A stretch of 61,640 nucleotides of DNA, counting the filler, from Dugesia japonica (taxonomy: Eukaryota): NCBI GenBank assembly GCA_001938525.1. It is 6 parts of 6 records of this genome, joined end to end, with 100 filler letters (N's around TTAATTAATTAA, not from the genome) between each part and the next. Parts side by side here need not be neighbours in the genome. Positions count along the whole stretch, not along the records: positions 37,678 to 46,122 come from MQRL01639076.1; positions 46,223 to 61,640 come from MQRL01594632.1; 4 more parts are not named here. One strand, 5' to 3'. Below are positions 40,621 to 50,284 of this stretch, one piece after another. The notes beneath the pieces were generated by a model. It did no database searches. It was not told the origin of the DNA and saw only the letters and a list, made by a program, of their open reading frames with translations. Position numbers and translations under genes: made by a program. Position 1 is the stretch's first letter. Each line of letters opens with the position of its first letter.

Positions 40621-41071
40621 GATTGATCGTAACATTATTCATATGTACAGTCGTCCACAACAAGGTGAGGATCTTACGTTTTTCAGAGGAAAACAATACG
40701 GTGGAAATTGAAAATCTGTTTTTGGTCGATATGCACTTCCAATCCTAAACGAATTAGGAATTCCTATTGCCAAATTAGCAGGTAAAGCGCTGTGGAATGC
40801 TGGTAGAAATGTGATCGAGAAAAAAACAAAAGTGAAAGATGCATTAATCAGTAGTGCTAAAGAGGTTTTACCTGAAATAAAAAGACATTCAAAAAATGCA
40901 ATTCACGAATCAACAAATCTATTAGGTGGTGATTATGATGACAATGATCAACAGAGAGGAAACGGTTTACTAAATGGTAATGTATTCATTCGTCGACGAC
41001 AACGACGAAAACAAATAAAAAAACCCAGTATAAACAAACATGGAAAACGTCTAAAAACAATCTTTTCATAA
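40619..41071 (+). pseudogene. Polinton core / membrane-active protein
   Basis: MY..PQQGEDLTFFRGKQYGGN*KSVFGRYALPIL with a basic C-terminus. Syntenic with 4377-4817. Confidence 0.6.
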
Positions 41072-41780
41072 TGGACATTACAGGTAAAACAGAATTTGAT
41101 CTTTTCTCATCAGCACCACCGTAAGTTGTCTAGTCAATTTGATGAACAAAGTCGAATGAGACAAAATTCAAGAAAATTATTTTATGAATACATATTTGGT
41201 GAGAAATTACAAAAAAATGAAAAAATATTTGGTGAGAAAATACGAAACAATGAATGTTTCCTTTTGGTATTTTATTACTACTTTATTAATTTTATTTACT
41301 TTTAAGAAATTTCCATAGTATGGTTACATACCACGGTTAAAGTGATTTAGCAAATTACACAGTAAAAACTTCAAACTCAAAATAAATAATTTTGTTATTT
41401 TTTATTATTAGAAAATGGAAACAACAAGCTCATTTTCCTCTTCCTTTTCACTCTCCTCTTGCACCCGCTCATTTTCGTTTTCATGGGAGCCTTTGGGATT
41501 TTCAACATGATTTTTTATATCATTTATATCTAATATTTTTAATTTTTCTTTCAAGCTAATTTCTTTATTGTAATTTTCATTAAACCTTTTCGGTTTTTGT
41601 TTTTGATGGGTCCTTTTAATCTTGTAAAATATTCATATATATGTTTAAAACAATTACAATTTTTATGATCTTTAATAAACAACTCTAAATTATTTTTATC
41701 TTGAAAAAAATTAATAATTGTTTGTTTATAAGTGTTAGAAAGCACCATTTTATATAAGTAAAAGATTTTATCTTAACAAA

Positions 41781-42092
41781 ATGTCTTCTGCATCAGAACA
41801 AGAACTAATTGATTTGGTTAATTAAAATAAATCTAAATCTGTAAATATTAATGGAAAAAACTATTGGATTGGTAAACAAGTTAGAAAAGAAATTAAAAAA
41901 ATGGGTAAAAAACATGAAGGTGGCTTTTCTTTCATTGCTGCAATACCAGATATAATTGCTAGTTTAGCTTCTACAGCCGGAATTAAAACTAAATTATCAA
42001 ATTTAAGAATTAAAGATTTTGAATCTGATCTTATTTTATTGATGATAAAATTAATCATTATGAAACGATTTATAAAAGATGGTCAAGGCTAG
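41781..42092 (+). pseudogene. Decayed homologue of the 51691-52134 core protein (Polinton family C)
   Basis: INGKNYWIGKQV...EGGFSFIAAIPDIIASLASTAG versus IDGKNYWISKKV...SGGFAFLAAIPAIIGALAGTAG. Confidence 0.8.
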
Positions 42093-42199
42093 ATACTTCA
42101 ATAAGATTAACAGAAATATTTATTGGAACAATTGATGTAATAACTGTAAATATATTAATATCTTTAGGAACTTTTGGAATTGGACCAAGTTTAATTTAA

Positions 42200-43190
42200 G
42201 ATTTGATATGGCGAAATTCAAAGGAAATGTACACTTCATCTGTATGTGGAATTATTCTTTTTTACTTCTGTTGGATATTTTGTTAATAATTCTTTGAAAA
42301 ATAAATGATTGTCATAACCAGATGCATTGTGAAAATAGAATGGTATAAATAATTCTTTAATAGATTTATGTTGTAATATACAATTTAAATGAATATACAA
42401 TAATCTTTAGAATAATCATGATTAAAACATTCTTTTTGATGATTAATTAATAAATCTTTACTGTGGTAAGAATTCATACAACATAAACACAAATGGTTTT
42501 TATTTTTATTAGTATTTGCAAAAACACTAACATTTCTACATAAAACATAATGCCCTTTGAAAAATAATAAATTACATCTATTTATTTCTGTTTTAGGATT
42601 ACTATCTTAATGAGAAATATAAACTGGATAGATTTTGGCTTTTTCAGTTACTTAAAATCATTTACTTTAAAATCATTTAATTTTTCAAATATTTTTACAT
42701 TATCAATGCTTGTGAGAAAATTCATTTGGTGTGGTCCGTTGGATTTTATTTTTAATTCGTTTAAATAAGGAATATAATTTGAAACTCTAGTTGGATCTCG
42801 TAATACATGTTTATGAGCTAAAATCGAATATAAAAAACAAAAATCATCTTTATTTTTAATATTAATTACACCTGGTTTAATAAATGGTAAATTTTTATAT
42901 GACGACCTAACTATTGATTGATATTTTGAAAGTTCAATTTTAAAATGTACAATACAATCCAAATTCCATCCACTTTCATTTTGATCTTCATCTTCAATAT
43001 ATCTTTATAGTTGATTTATTAACTCGTCCACAATAATTTTTACATCACTTTTGATAGTAATTTTTTCATAACTTGAATATGAATTAAATACTCTTTCTTC
43101 ATCTTCTTTAGTATAATTACAATTTACATTCAATCGTAACATTAACTTTTTCGAATAATCGAAATAAAGTAATGGTATTTTTGAATATTT
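42200..43190 (-). pseudogene. pPolB fragment of family C
   Basis: ESGWNLD, YKNLPFIKPGVINIKNKDDFCFLYSILAHK and LFIPFYFHNASGYDNHLFF are close matches to ORF 54164-56620. Confidence 0.9.
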
Positions 43191-43244
43191 GATGTACTTT
43201 TGGTTATTTCTTCAGTATTTTTGAACAGGTAAGGGTTGTTTTTT

Positions 43245-43465
43245 AACCATGTATTATTTACATTGCAACCATGTATTATTACATAGTAACCCTGTTTTAT
43301 AGAATTTATGAGTATATTATTTGCATAGTTAACTTGTATTATTTATATAGCAACCATGTTTTATATGGTTTATGCGTATATAATTTGCATTGTTACATTG
43401 TATTATTTACATAACGACCATGTATTATATGTTTTATGAGTATATTATTTACATATCAACCGTGT
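43245..43465. repeat. Degenerate tandem repeat, about 21-nt unit
   Basis: Recurring AACCATGTATTATTTACAT(A/T)G. Confidence 0.7.
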
Positions 43466-45380
43466 AATAAGAGGTCACCATGCAAAATGTATGTTAATTA
43501 TATTAGTTATCATAAATTAATTTATTTAAAATATTGTTTTTTTTGTTTACTTAGTATTATAACAAAAACGTATTTATTTACTCATAAAAAAAGAAAACAA
43601 TTATCCAATAAAACACTTATTAATATAACATTTATTAATTAAACATGTTTTTATGATATTCTTCAGTCATCTTCAAAATCCTTTCTTTTAAGACTTCATA
43701 ATGGTTCTAGTTTTCATTGAAAAGAAAACCTGCATGAAGTTATATGATGAAATTGTTCATTATTGCTTTTTCTGCAATAAATGCTTAAATTATTCAATCA
43801 TCATCAACAGCATATATTCATGCAGTAAATCTGAAAACTTTTCATGTAATATCTCCAACGCTAATTCTAAAAAATAATTAAATTAAACAATAATAAATTA
43901 AACTTTTACCATAATAATTTTCATAATTCTTGTCTTCAGTTTCAAAATAACTACTATCGTTACCATCATCATGATATGTATCTGCCATCTTTTCATCTTC
44001 AATATTTGTTTCTTCATTTATTTCTTCATTAATATTGATTTTTCCGTTATCATTAGCTTCCATTATATTTTCTATTTCTTCATGGTTAATGACATTTTTA
44101 AGCTCTTCCTCTTCTTAGACAGTGTTTTCAAAAAACAAAATTTCACAAGTATTTATTTTGTAAAAGGTGAATTTATTTTAAAAGAACAGTTTTATTTTTT
44201 TATAAACTCAATAACCAATCATTTCAATTATAGTTAATAATTACCAATAGGAACTCACAAATAACGAGTATGTGTGTATCGCAACTACTATAAAAGCAAA
44301 GTTTTACATATTAATAATCACTTTTACAACTCAAAAATGCAAGAAAATCAACTCACTAAAGAAAACGTCTCAACAATAACTGTGGAACTTATAAAAATTA
44401 CAGATTTCCATAATTACAAGTTGTTCTTTTTGAAGACTCCGATTATCTATGACTTTAAAGTAATTAGTTTTTTTTATTCCATTATAAATTATTAGTTTAG
44501 AAACCAGTTTCAATAAATAAACCAAATTTAGTTTGCTTCTATCTGGAATTCATGAGAAGGATAAAAGTTACTGGAAGTCATGTTTACAAGATTAAGTAGA
44601 TAAATTGAGGTCATTGAGGTTATTCATATATGTTTTACAGAAAGGACGAGAACCAATATGAAGACAATATTCAATATATAATTCAAGTGGAGATTAAAGG
44701 TTTCAAGAAGTCCATTAATTCAGTAGGAGTCATTTTAAAACTTAAAAATATTGCAAAGACGATCTAAATTTATTTACTTGATGTTTGCTTAATGTTTACT
44801 CGATGTTTTTTTATTGAAATAAATATTTATGAAACAAAATATTGTTACTTTTATTTTAGTTTAAACAAAAACATAAATTAATAAAAAACCTTAATAAATA
44901 AAACTAAATAAAAAAAACAAAGNNNNNNNNNNNNNNNNNNNNNNNNNNNNNNNNNNNNNNNNNNNNNNNNNNNNNNNNNNNNNNNNNNNNNNNNNNNNNN
45001 NNNNNNNNNNNNNNNNNNNNNNNNNNNNNNNNNNNNNNNNNNNNNNNNNNNNNNNNNNNNNCTCATTGACAATGCAGTCTGGAAGCATTGGTTTTCGTTC
45101 TTCATCAAGCCTATTTCTTTTCTCCATTATATCTAGAAGCATTCCTAAATTACAAAATTAATAAAAAAGTCAAACCTCGTTTGCTAAATTGTTCTTCTAT
45201 TATTTTCATATTTGTAGAATTCATTTTTAAAAAATTGGAAGAAATAATAATGAGATGCATTATATATATGCATAATAAAAAACCACAATATATTAATTAT
45301 TTGAAATCTAAATGTCTAAATTTAAATTGGTATATTTTGTACTTGATTTGTAAACGTTTTGCATCCGTGTTGCGAATTTT

Positions 45381-45536
45381 CTAAATTTTATCAAGCAAAT
45401 TAAACAAATCTGAAGTAATGTTATTCACATATCCTTGGAAATACATATTTTTAAGTCCAAGTATCACTAGTTTTCCTGTTGAGAACACATTTACACATAC
45501 AGGGTCATATTTTACAAGTCTTAGAGCAGGAAATAA
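45381..45536 (-). pseudogene. TATA-binding-protein-like C-terminal fragment
   Basis: Manual translation LFPALRLVKYDPVCVNVFSTGKLVILGLK...* resembles TBP repeat 2 (ELFPGL...LIFxSGKVVLTGAK). Confidence 0.6.
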
Positions 45537-45544
45537 CTAATAAG

Positions 45545-46079
45545 GTACATTCGAAGATGTTTTTCCTATGAATTCAATTTTTGAATCACAAAGCGATATA
45601 GAGTTTTTTTATAAATGGATCTCAAACAGAACTTTTGGATTTCAATGATATTTTATTGTATATTAAAGTAAAGGTAGATGATAAGAATGGCAAAGATTTG
45701 ACTGATACAGATGATTCGGTTCCTAGTAAATATATGTTGCATACACTTTTTAAGGATGTTATTCTTTCGTTTAATAATTTCAAAATTGAAGATGGAAATG
45801 GATCTTATCTTCACGAAGCAATAATTGCAACTATAATAAATTATAATGGTGATAGTAAGAATATATTTCTTGCAGCAATATGATATGGATCAGAAGCAGA
45901 TAGGAAAATGTCTATTGCAAAATCAAAACAATTATCACTATGCTGTTCATTGTAACTTGATTTCATGGATCAACCAAAATACCTTATTCCCGGTGTCAAT
46001 GGTCATATTTGATTGAAGCGAACCGATGCTAACATTTGTTTGGAATCTGCACCCAATGCAACTAAATATGTATTACTAG
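45545..46079 (+). pseudogene. Second Polinton major capsid fragment (family A)
   Basis: Nucleotide sequence closely tracks about 4880-5415. It is interrupted at 46080 by a new terminus. Confidence 0.9.
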
Positions 46080-46122
46080 AGTAGGTAGATATGAGCGCAC
46101 CAAACCGGGGCCCCTCGAGAGG
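46080..46122 (+). mobile_element. Probable terminus of another Polinton inserted into the capsid gene
   Basis: AGTAGGTAGATATGAG starts exactly where capsid homology stops and matches 927-942 at 15 of 16 positions. Confidence 0.6.
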
Positions 46123-46239
46123 NNNNNNNNNNNNNNNNNNNNNNNNNNNNNNNNNNNNNNNNNNNNTTAATTAATTAANNNNNNNNNNNNNNNNNNNNNN
46201 NNNNNNNNNNNNNNNNNNNNNNAAAATAAAAACCGACCC

Positions 46240-47523
46240 CCCCTGGGTTTTGAACCAAGTAAATTACCAAAATAAGAAGGGTAAAACCCCAACAGTATCT
46301 CTATTTCAATAACATTAGTAATCTTTGGTATTGGGGTTTCTTTTTTTAAAAAATTAATACTTGATGAGACAATTTCAATTTTATTTCCCATTACTTCAGC
46401 GCTGGAAATATTAAGTTTTTGTTTATCTATTAATATATTAATTTTATCTACATCAGTTGAGAAAGAAAAAAAATGACTCGCACTTTTAACTTTTAGAGTA
46501 CCTTTAATTACAACCCAAAAAACTCCCTTAAAAACTCCAGTTATAGTAATTTTTAAGGAGTCTTCAACATACCAATAATAATTTTTTTTTCCAAATGAAT
46601 CTAGAATTATTATTAATAATCCATTTATTCTTATAAATTCAACATTAGTAATATTTGCATCAGGATAATTTTTAAAAGAATAACATAGAAGTTTTGTATT
46701 AAAAATTAAAAAACAAATATTAAATTTAATTTTTGTTTATTATGAAATAACTTTTCTATTTCTTTATATGGGAAATAATTATAAATTAATAATTTCAATT
46801 TATATAAAACATGTTCAGCTTTATTTTTTTTAAATTGTTGAATTAAATTATTAACTTTTTCANCATCNCTAGGNTGAAACCCATATTTTATATCACGAAA
46901 TTCGAGAAGTATAGGATTAAGTTTTTCTTCAAAATCTTTAATTTTTTTCTTAAGATTTTCAATAAAATATAAATTATCTAGATAAGTTTTCTTACTTAAA
47001 TTCTCACGTAAAATATTAATTTTATTTAATAATAACTTAATTTCCCCACTAAAATTTTCATTAAAAATTTCATTTAATTTAAATAATAAATCACTTTTTT
47101 TAAATGGTAAAACTGTTAATTTTAAATTTTCAATATCTGAATTTATTTTATTAAATGTTTCCTGATTACAGTTTTTTGTTAAATTTTTAATTTTATCATT
47201 NNNNNNNNNNNNNNNNNNNNNNNNNNNNNNNNNNNNNNNNNNNNNNNNNNNNNNNNNNNNNNNNNNNNNNNNNNNNNNNNNNNNNNNNNNNNNNNNNNNN
47301 NNNNNNNNNNNNNNNNNNNNNNNNNNNNNNNNNNNNNNNNNNNNNNNNNNNNNNNNNNNNNNNNNNNNNNNNNNNNNNNNNNNNNNNNNNNNNNNNNNNN
47401 NNNNNNNNNNNNNNNNNNAAATTTACTTTCATTTTTAGATTCTGAAATTCTAATTTTAGAATCAACATGTTTTATTAATTGTGAATTATTTACAGTGAAT
47501 AAACTTTCTCCAAATTTATTCAT
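46240..47523 (-). CDS. Hypothetical element C gene or genes beginning MNKFG; gapped and low quality
   Basis: ATG in TAAATG context and long minus-strand coding-like stretches broken by Ns and probable errors. Confidence 0.4.
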
Positions 47524-47575
47524 TTATTATAAATAAATTATACCCACGAAGTGGGTTTGTTATTACCTTAATATT

Positions 47576-47639
47576 TTAGATTTTAATGTGTCACATCCAG
47601 TACGATTAATCGTATTGGGAATGACACATTAAAATCTAA
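47576..47639. repeat. Intergenic palindrome, copy 1
   Basis: Perfect 18-bp arms TTAGATTTTAATGTGTCA / TGACACATTAAAATCTAA around the core TACGATTAATCGTA. Confidence 0.95.
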
Positions 47640-47655
47640 CATTTAACATTAATAA

Positions 47656-48084
47656 ATGTCTAATTATAATTTATTGGATTTCTTAGAAACTTTTGGAATT
47701 AATACAACTACAAATTTTGATTTATATTCCATAGCAGATTTTTTAGATCTTGATTTAGAGATTTGTATGAAAGATGAAATACCTAATTTAGCAGAAGGTA
47801 AACCTTCCCATTATATCTTTAATTATCAAAATGAAAATCAAAAAGGAACTCATTGGGTTTGTTATACTCAAGGATATTATTTTGATTCTTTTGGATTAAA
47901 ACCTTTGGAAAATATTGAGAAATATGTCAGTAAATATAATGATATTCAAGTTCAACATTTCGGTACAAATATTTGTGGGATTTTATGTATTTATTTTTTG
48001 TATAAGATTAACGAACGAAGTGAGTTTGGGGAAATAATTTTAGAGATGAAAAAATTGTATGATTTATTAATTCCTAAGATGTAA
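47656..48084 (+). CDS. Adenain-like cysteine protease, intact (142 aa)
   Basis: IFNYQ...GTHWVCY..YYFDSFG..P...YNDIQVQ...ICGILC. Confidence 0.9.
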   Translation: MSNYNLLDFLETFGINTTTNFDLYSIADFLDLDLEICMKDEIPNLAEGKPSHYIFNYQNENQKGTHWVCYTQGYYFDSFGLKPLENIEKYVSKYNDIQVQHFGTNICGILCIYFLYKINERSEFGEIILEMKKLYDLLIPKM

Positions 48085-48136
48085 ATGTGTAATTCCAAGT
48101 ACGATTAATCGTTTTTGGAGTGACACATTTACATCT
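48077..48136. repeat. Intergenic palindrome, copy 2
   Basis: AGATGTAAATGTGT..ACGATTAATCGT..ACACATTTACATCT. It overlaps the protease stop codon. Confidence 0.95.
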
Positions 48137-48186
48137 AAATATTTGAGATTTAACAAACCCACTACGCGGGTATAATTTTTATAATT

Positions 48187-48879
48187 TTATAATCTATATT
48201 TACGTAAATGAACTAAAATCGAAATCATCTCCTGGTTAAAATCAATTGTATTAAAATTCTCATCAACAACATTAAATCTTAAACTATCAATATATTTTGT
48301 ATTAATCTTAGAATAAATTGGAAATGATGGTTTTTCTATAATTTTAAATCCAAAAGGAACAGTATTTATTGGAAATGAATATAATAAATTTATTTGACTT
48401 GAATCAGCTTTTGAAGATTTTACATAATTTCCTTTAACNNNNNNNNNNNNNNNNNNNNNNNNNNNNNNNNNNNNNNNNNNNNNNNNNNNNNNNNNNNNNN
48501 NNNNNNNNNNNNNNNNNNNNNNNNNNNNNNNNNNNNNNNNNNNNNNNNNNNNNNNNNNNNNNNNNNNNTGAAAAAAGGATTTATCATCAAATGTTAATGT
48601 ATTTGTTATCTTCATGTAACATTTTGTTGTAGATGTATCTGCCGAAACTTCAATTCCATATTTTTCTAATTTAGCTGATATTTCTTTTATTTCATAAGCT
48701 CCAGGTTCAATTAAATCTTTTATATTAAATTTATTATTCAAATTTGTAATGTTAAAAATAATATTGTAACATGTAAAACAAATTAATCCTAATTCATATT
48801 CCGAATCTAATTCTAAAGGGAATTTTAAATCTAATTTTAAATCTTCTTCTTTTCCAACTATTAAGAATTGATGACTCAT
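48187..48879 (-). CDS. Minor capsid protein (penton)
   Basis: PLELDSEYELGL..F..YN.I.NI..NNKF, PGAYEI, LYSF..VPFGFKIIEKP..PIY..I..L...VDEN...IDFN.E.I...HLR. Confidence 0.85.
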   Translation of the reverse strand: MSHQFLIVGKEEDLKLDLKFPLELDSEYELGLICFTCYNIIFNITNLNNKFNIKDLIEPGAYEIKEISAKLEKYGIEVSADTSTTKCYMKITNTLTFDDKSFFXXXXXXXXXXXXXXXXXXXXXXXXXXXXXXXXXXXXXXXXXXXXVKGNYVKSSKADSSQINLLYSFPINTVPFGFKIIEKPSFPIYSKINTKYIDSLRFNVVDENFNTIDFNQEMISILVHLRKYRL

Positions 48880-48938
48880 TTTATATAAAAATAATTTAGG
48901 AAGCGAAGTTTCCTTTTGAGACCCTTTGGGGTTACTAC

Positions 48939-48990
48939 TTTAATGTGTCAATCCCAGTACGATTAATCGTATTGGAGATGACACACTAAA
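48939..48990. repeat. Intergenic palindrome, copy 3
   Basis: TTTAATGTGTCA..TACGATTAATCGTA..TGACACACTAAA. Confidence 0.95.
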
Positions 48991-49075
48991 ATGTAAAATA
49001 TTGAAAAATGTAAAATTTTGAAAAATGTAAAATTTTGAAAAATGTAAAATTTGAAAAATGTGAAATATTGAAAAA
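48988..49075. repeat. 16-17-bp tandem repeat, 5 copies
   Basis: AAAAATGTAAAAT(T/A)TTG units between palindrome 3 and a short hairpin. Confidence 0.9.
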
Positions 49076-49095
49076 CGACCGAGCATGTCGTTTTT

Positions 49096-50151
49096 TTATT
49101 TATCCCTCAGATAAAGTTTTTTAAGAGTTGTTTCAACCATTTTAATATTTGATGAGATCTTATAAAATGAAAACATACTGTTTAATACAATTGGATATTT
49201 ATCTACTAACCTATCAAATTTCATTAATCTTTGAATGTGTCTTATTGAATAATTAATTTTTCTTTCTTTTAAAGAATTTAAAAATTCTGAATTATTGTTT
49301 GATTTATATTTTAATGTTATTAATAATTCACCTAATTTTGATTTATATTTTAATGTTATTAATAATTCACCTAATTTTGAATAACCTATTAATGTCATTT
49401 TAGAAGATTTTACTATTACATCATTCCAACGAAAAATTTCATCTATTATTTGATTTTTATTAAGTGAGTTAAAATCCTTTTTAACAATGAAAACTGTTAA
49501 ACTTTTTTCTTCAGGATTATTTTCTGTTGCATTAAGAGATCTAAAAAAATCTTTTTCTTCTAATGGTTTCACAATTTTATTTTTAGGTTCTGGTTCTGAT
49601 TCTGATTCTGATTCTGATTGTGATTCTGATTCTGATTGTGATTGTGATTCTGATTCTGGTTCTGATTCTGATTCTGATTCTAGATTTTCAATAATTTTTA
49701 ATATTGACCCACTAGTTGAAGGTTTTGGATTTTCACTAATTTTTAATATTGACCCACTAGTTGAAGGTTTTGGATTTTCATTTTTTAATATTGATGCACT
49801 AGTTGAAGGTTTTGGATTTTCACTACTTTTTAATATTGATCCACTAGTTGAAGGTTTTAATATTGATCCATCATTTTTATTAGGATATTTAACAAGTTTA
49901 TTTTGAGTTTCATTTTTAGGAATCCAAATATGTTTTACTGGTTCAGGATTCTTTAGATTTTTATTAAAATTATCAATAGCTTCATTTACTCTACATTTAT
50001 TTTTTAACATGTAATTTACAACCTCTTTTACAGGTATTGTACTTTCTAATACAGATGTAAAATAATCTTTATCATCATTAAATTTAACCAAAAGTTCTAA
50101 ACTTGATACAACCCGCTCTAAATCATTACTAAGCATTAAAAGGTGCTGCAT
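49096..50151 (-). CDS. Hypothetical protein with KPSTSGSILK repeats, an (SE)n tract and a possible helix-turn-helix (DUF3102-like) C-terminus
   Basis: Intact 351-aa ORF with a TATAAAATG start; GELL..LK....F......YSIRHIQRLM pattern. Confidence 0.7.
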   Translation of the reverse strand: MQHLLMLSNDLERVVSSLELLVKFNDDKDYFTSVLESTIPVKEVVNYMLKNKCRVNEAIDNFNKNLKNPEPVKHIWIPKNETQNKLVKYPNKNDGSILKPSTSGSILKSSENPKPSTSASILKNENPKPSTSGSILKISENPKPSTSGSILKIIENLESESESEPESESQSQSESESQSESESESEPEPKNKIVKPLEEKDFFRSLNATENNPEEKSLTVFIVKKDFNSLNKNQIIDEIFRWNDVIVKSSKMTLIGYSKLGELLITLKYKSKLGELLITLKYKSNNNSEFLNSLKERKINYSIRHIQRLMKFDRLVDKYPIVLNSMFSFYKISSNIKMVETTLKKLYLRDK

Positions 50152-50185
50152 TTTATAAAGATGTCGGTTTAATAGTGTGCAAATA

Positions 50186-50250
50186 TTTAGATGTAAGTGT
50201 GTAATTCCAAAACGATTAATCGTACTGGAAATTACACACTTACATCTAAA
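50186..50250. repeat. Intergenic palindrome, copy 4
   Basis: 21-bp arms TTTAGATGTAAGTGTGTAATT / AATTACACACTTACATCTAAA around ACGATTAATCGT. Confidence 0.95.
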
Positions 50251-50284
50251 ATCTAAAATCTAAAAAACGACATGCATGTCGTAT

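Larger units (their letters stand above)
37678..41130 (+). mobile_element. Decayed Polinton/Maverick element B, same gene order as A
   Basis: ATPase C-terminus (YLFIDFTQQ..ERVKTDIF), core protein, integrase, penton, core protein, and the start of the major capsid (MDITGKTEFDLFSSAPP at 41071). Confidence 0.9.

Noticed and set aside
9589-46178. TTAATTAATTAA recurring about every 8-10 kb
   Set aside because: It is an assembly linker flanked by Ns. Synteny across these points is meaningless, so elements A, B and C are not known neighbours.
47576-50250. CRISPR or true integron interpretation of the palindromes
   Set aside because: The intervening sequences are whole genes of 0.4-1.2 kb, and there is no cas gene or tyrosine recombinase in the window. 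Only the analogy is kept.
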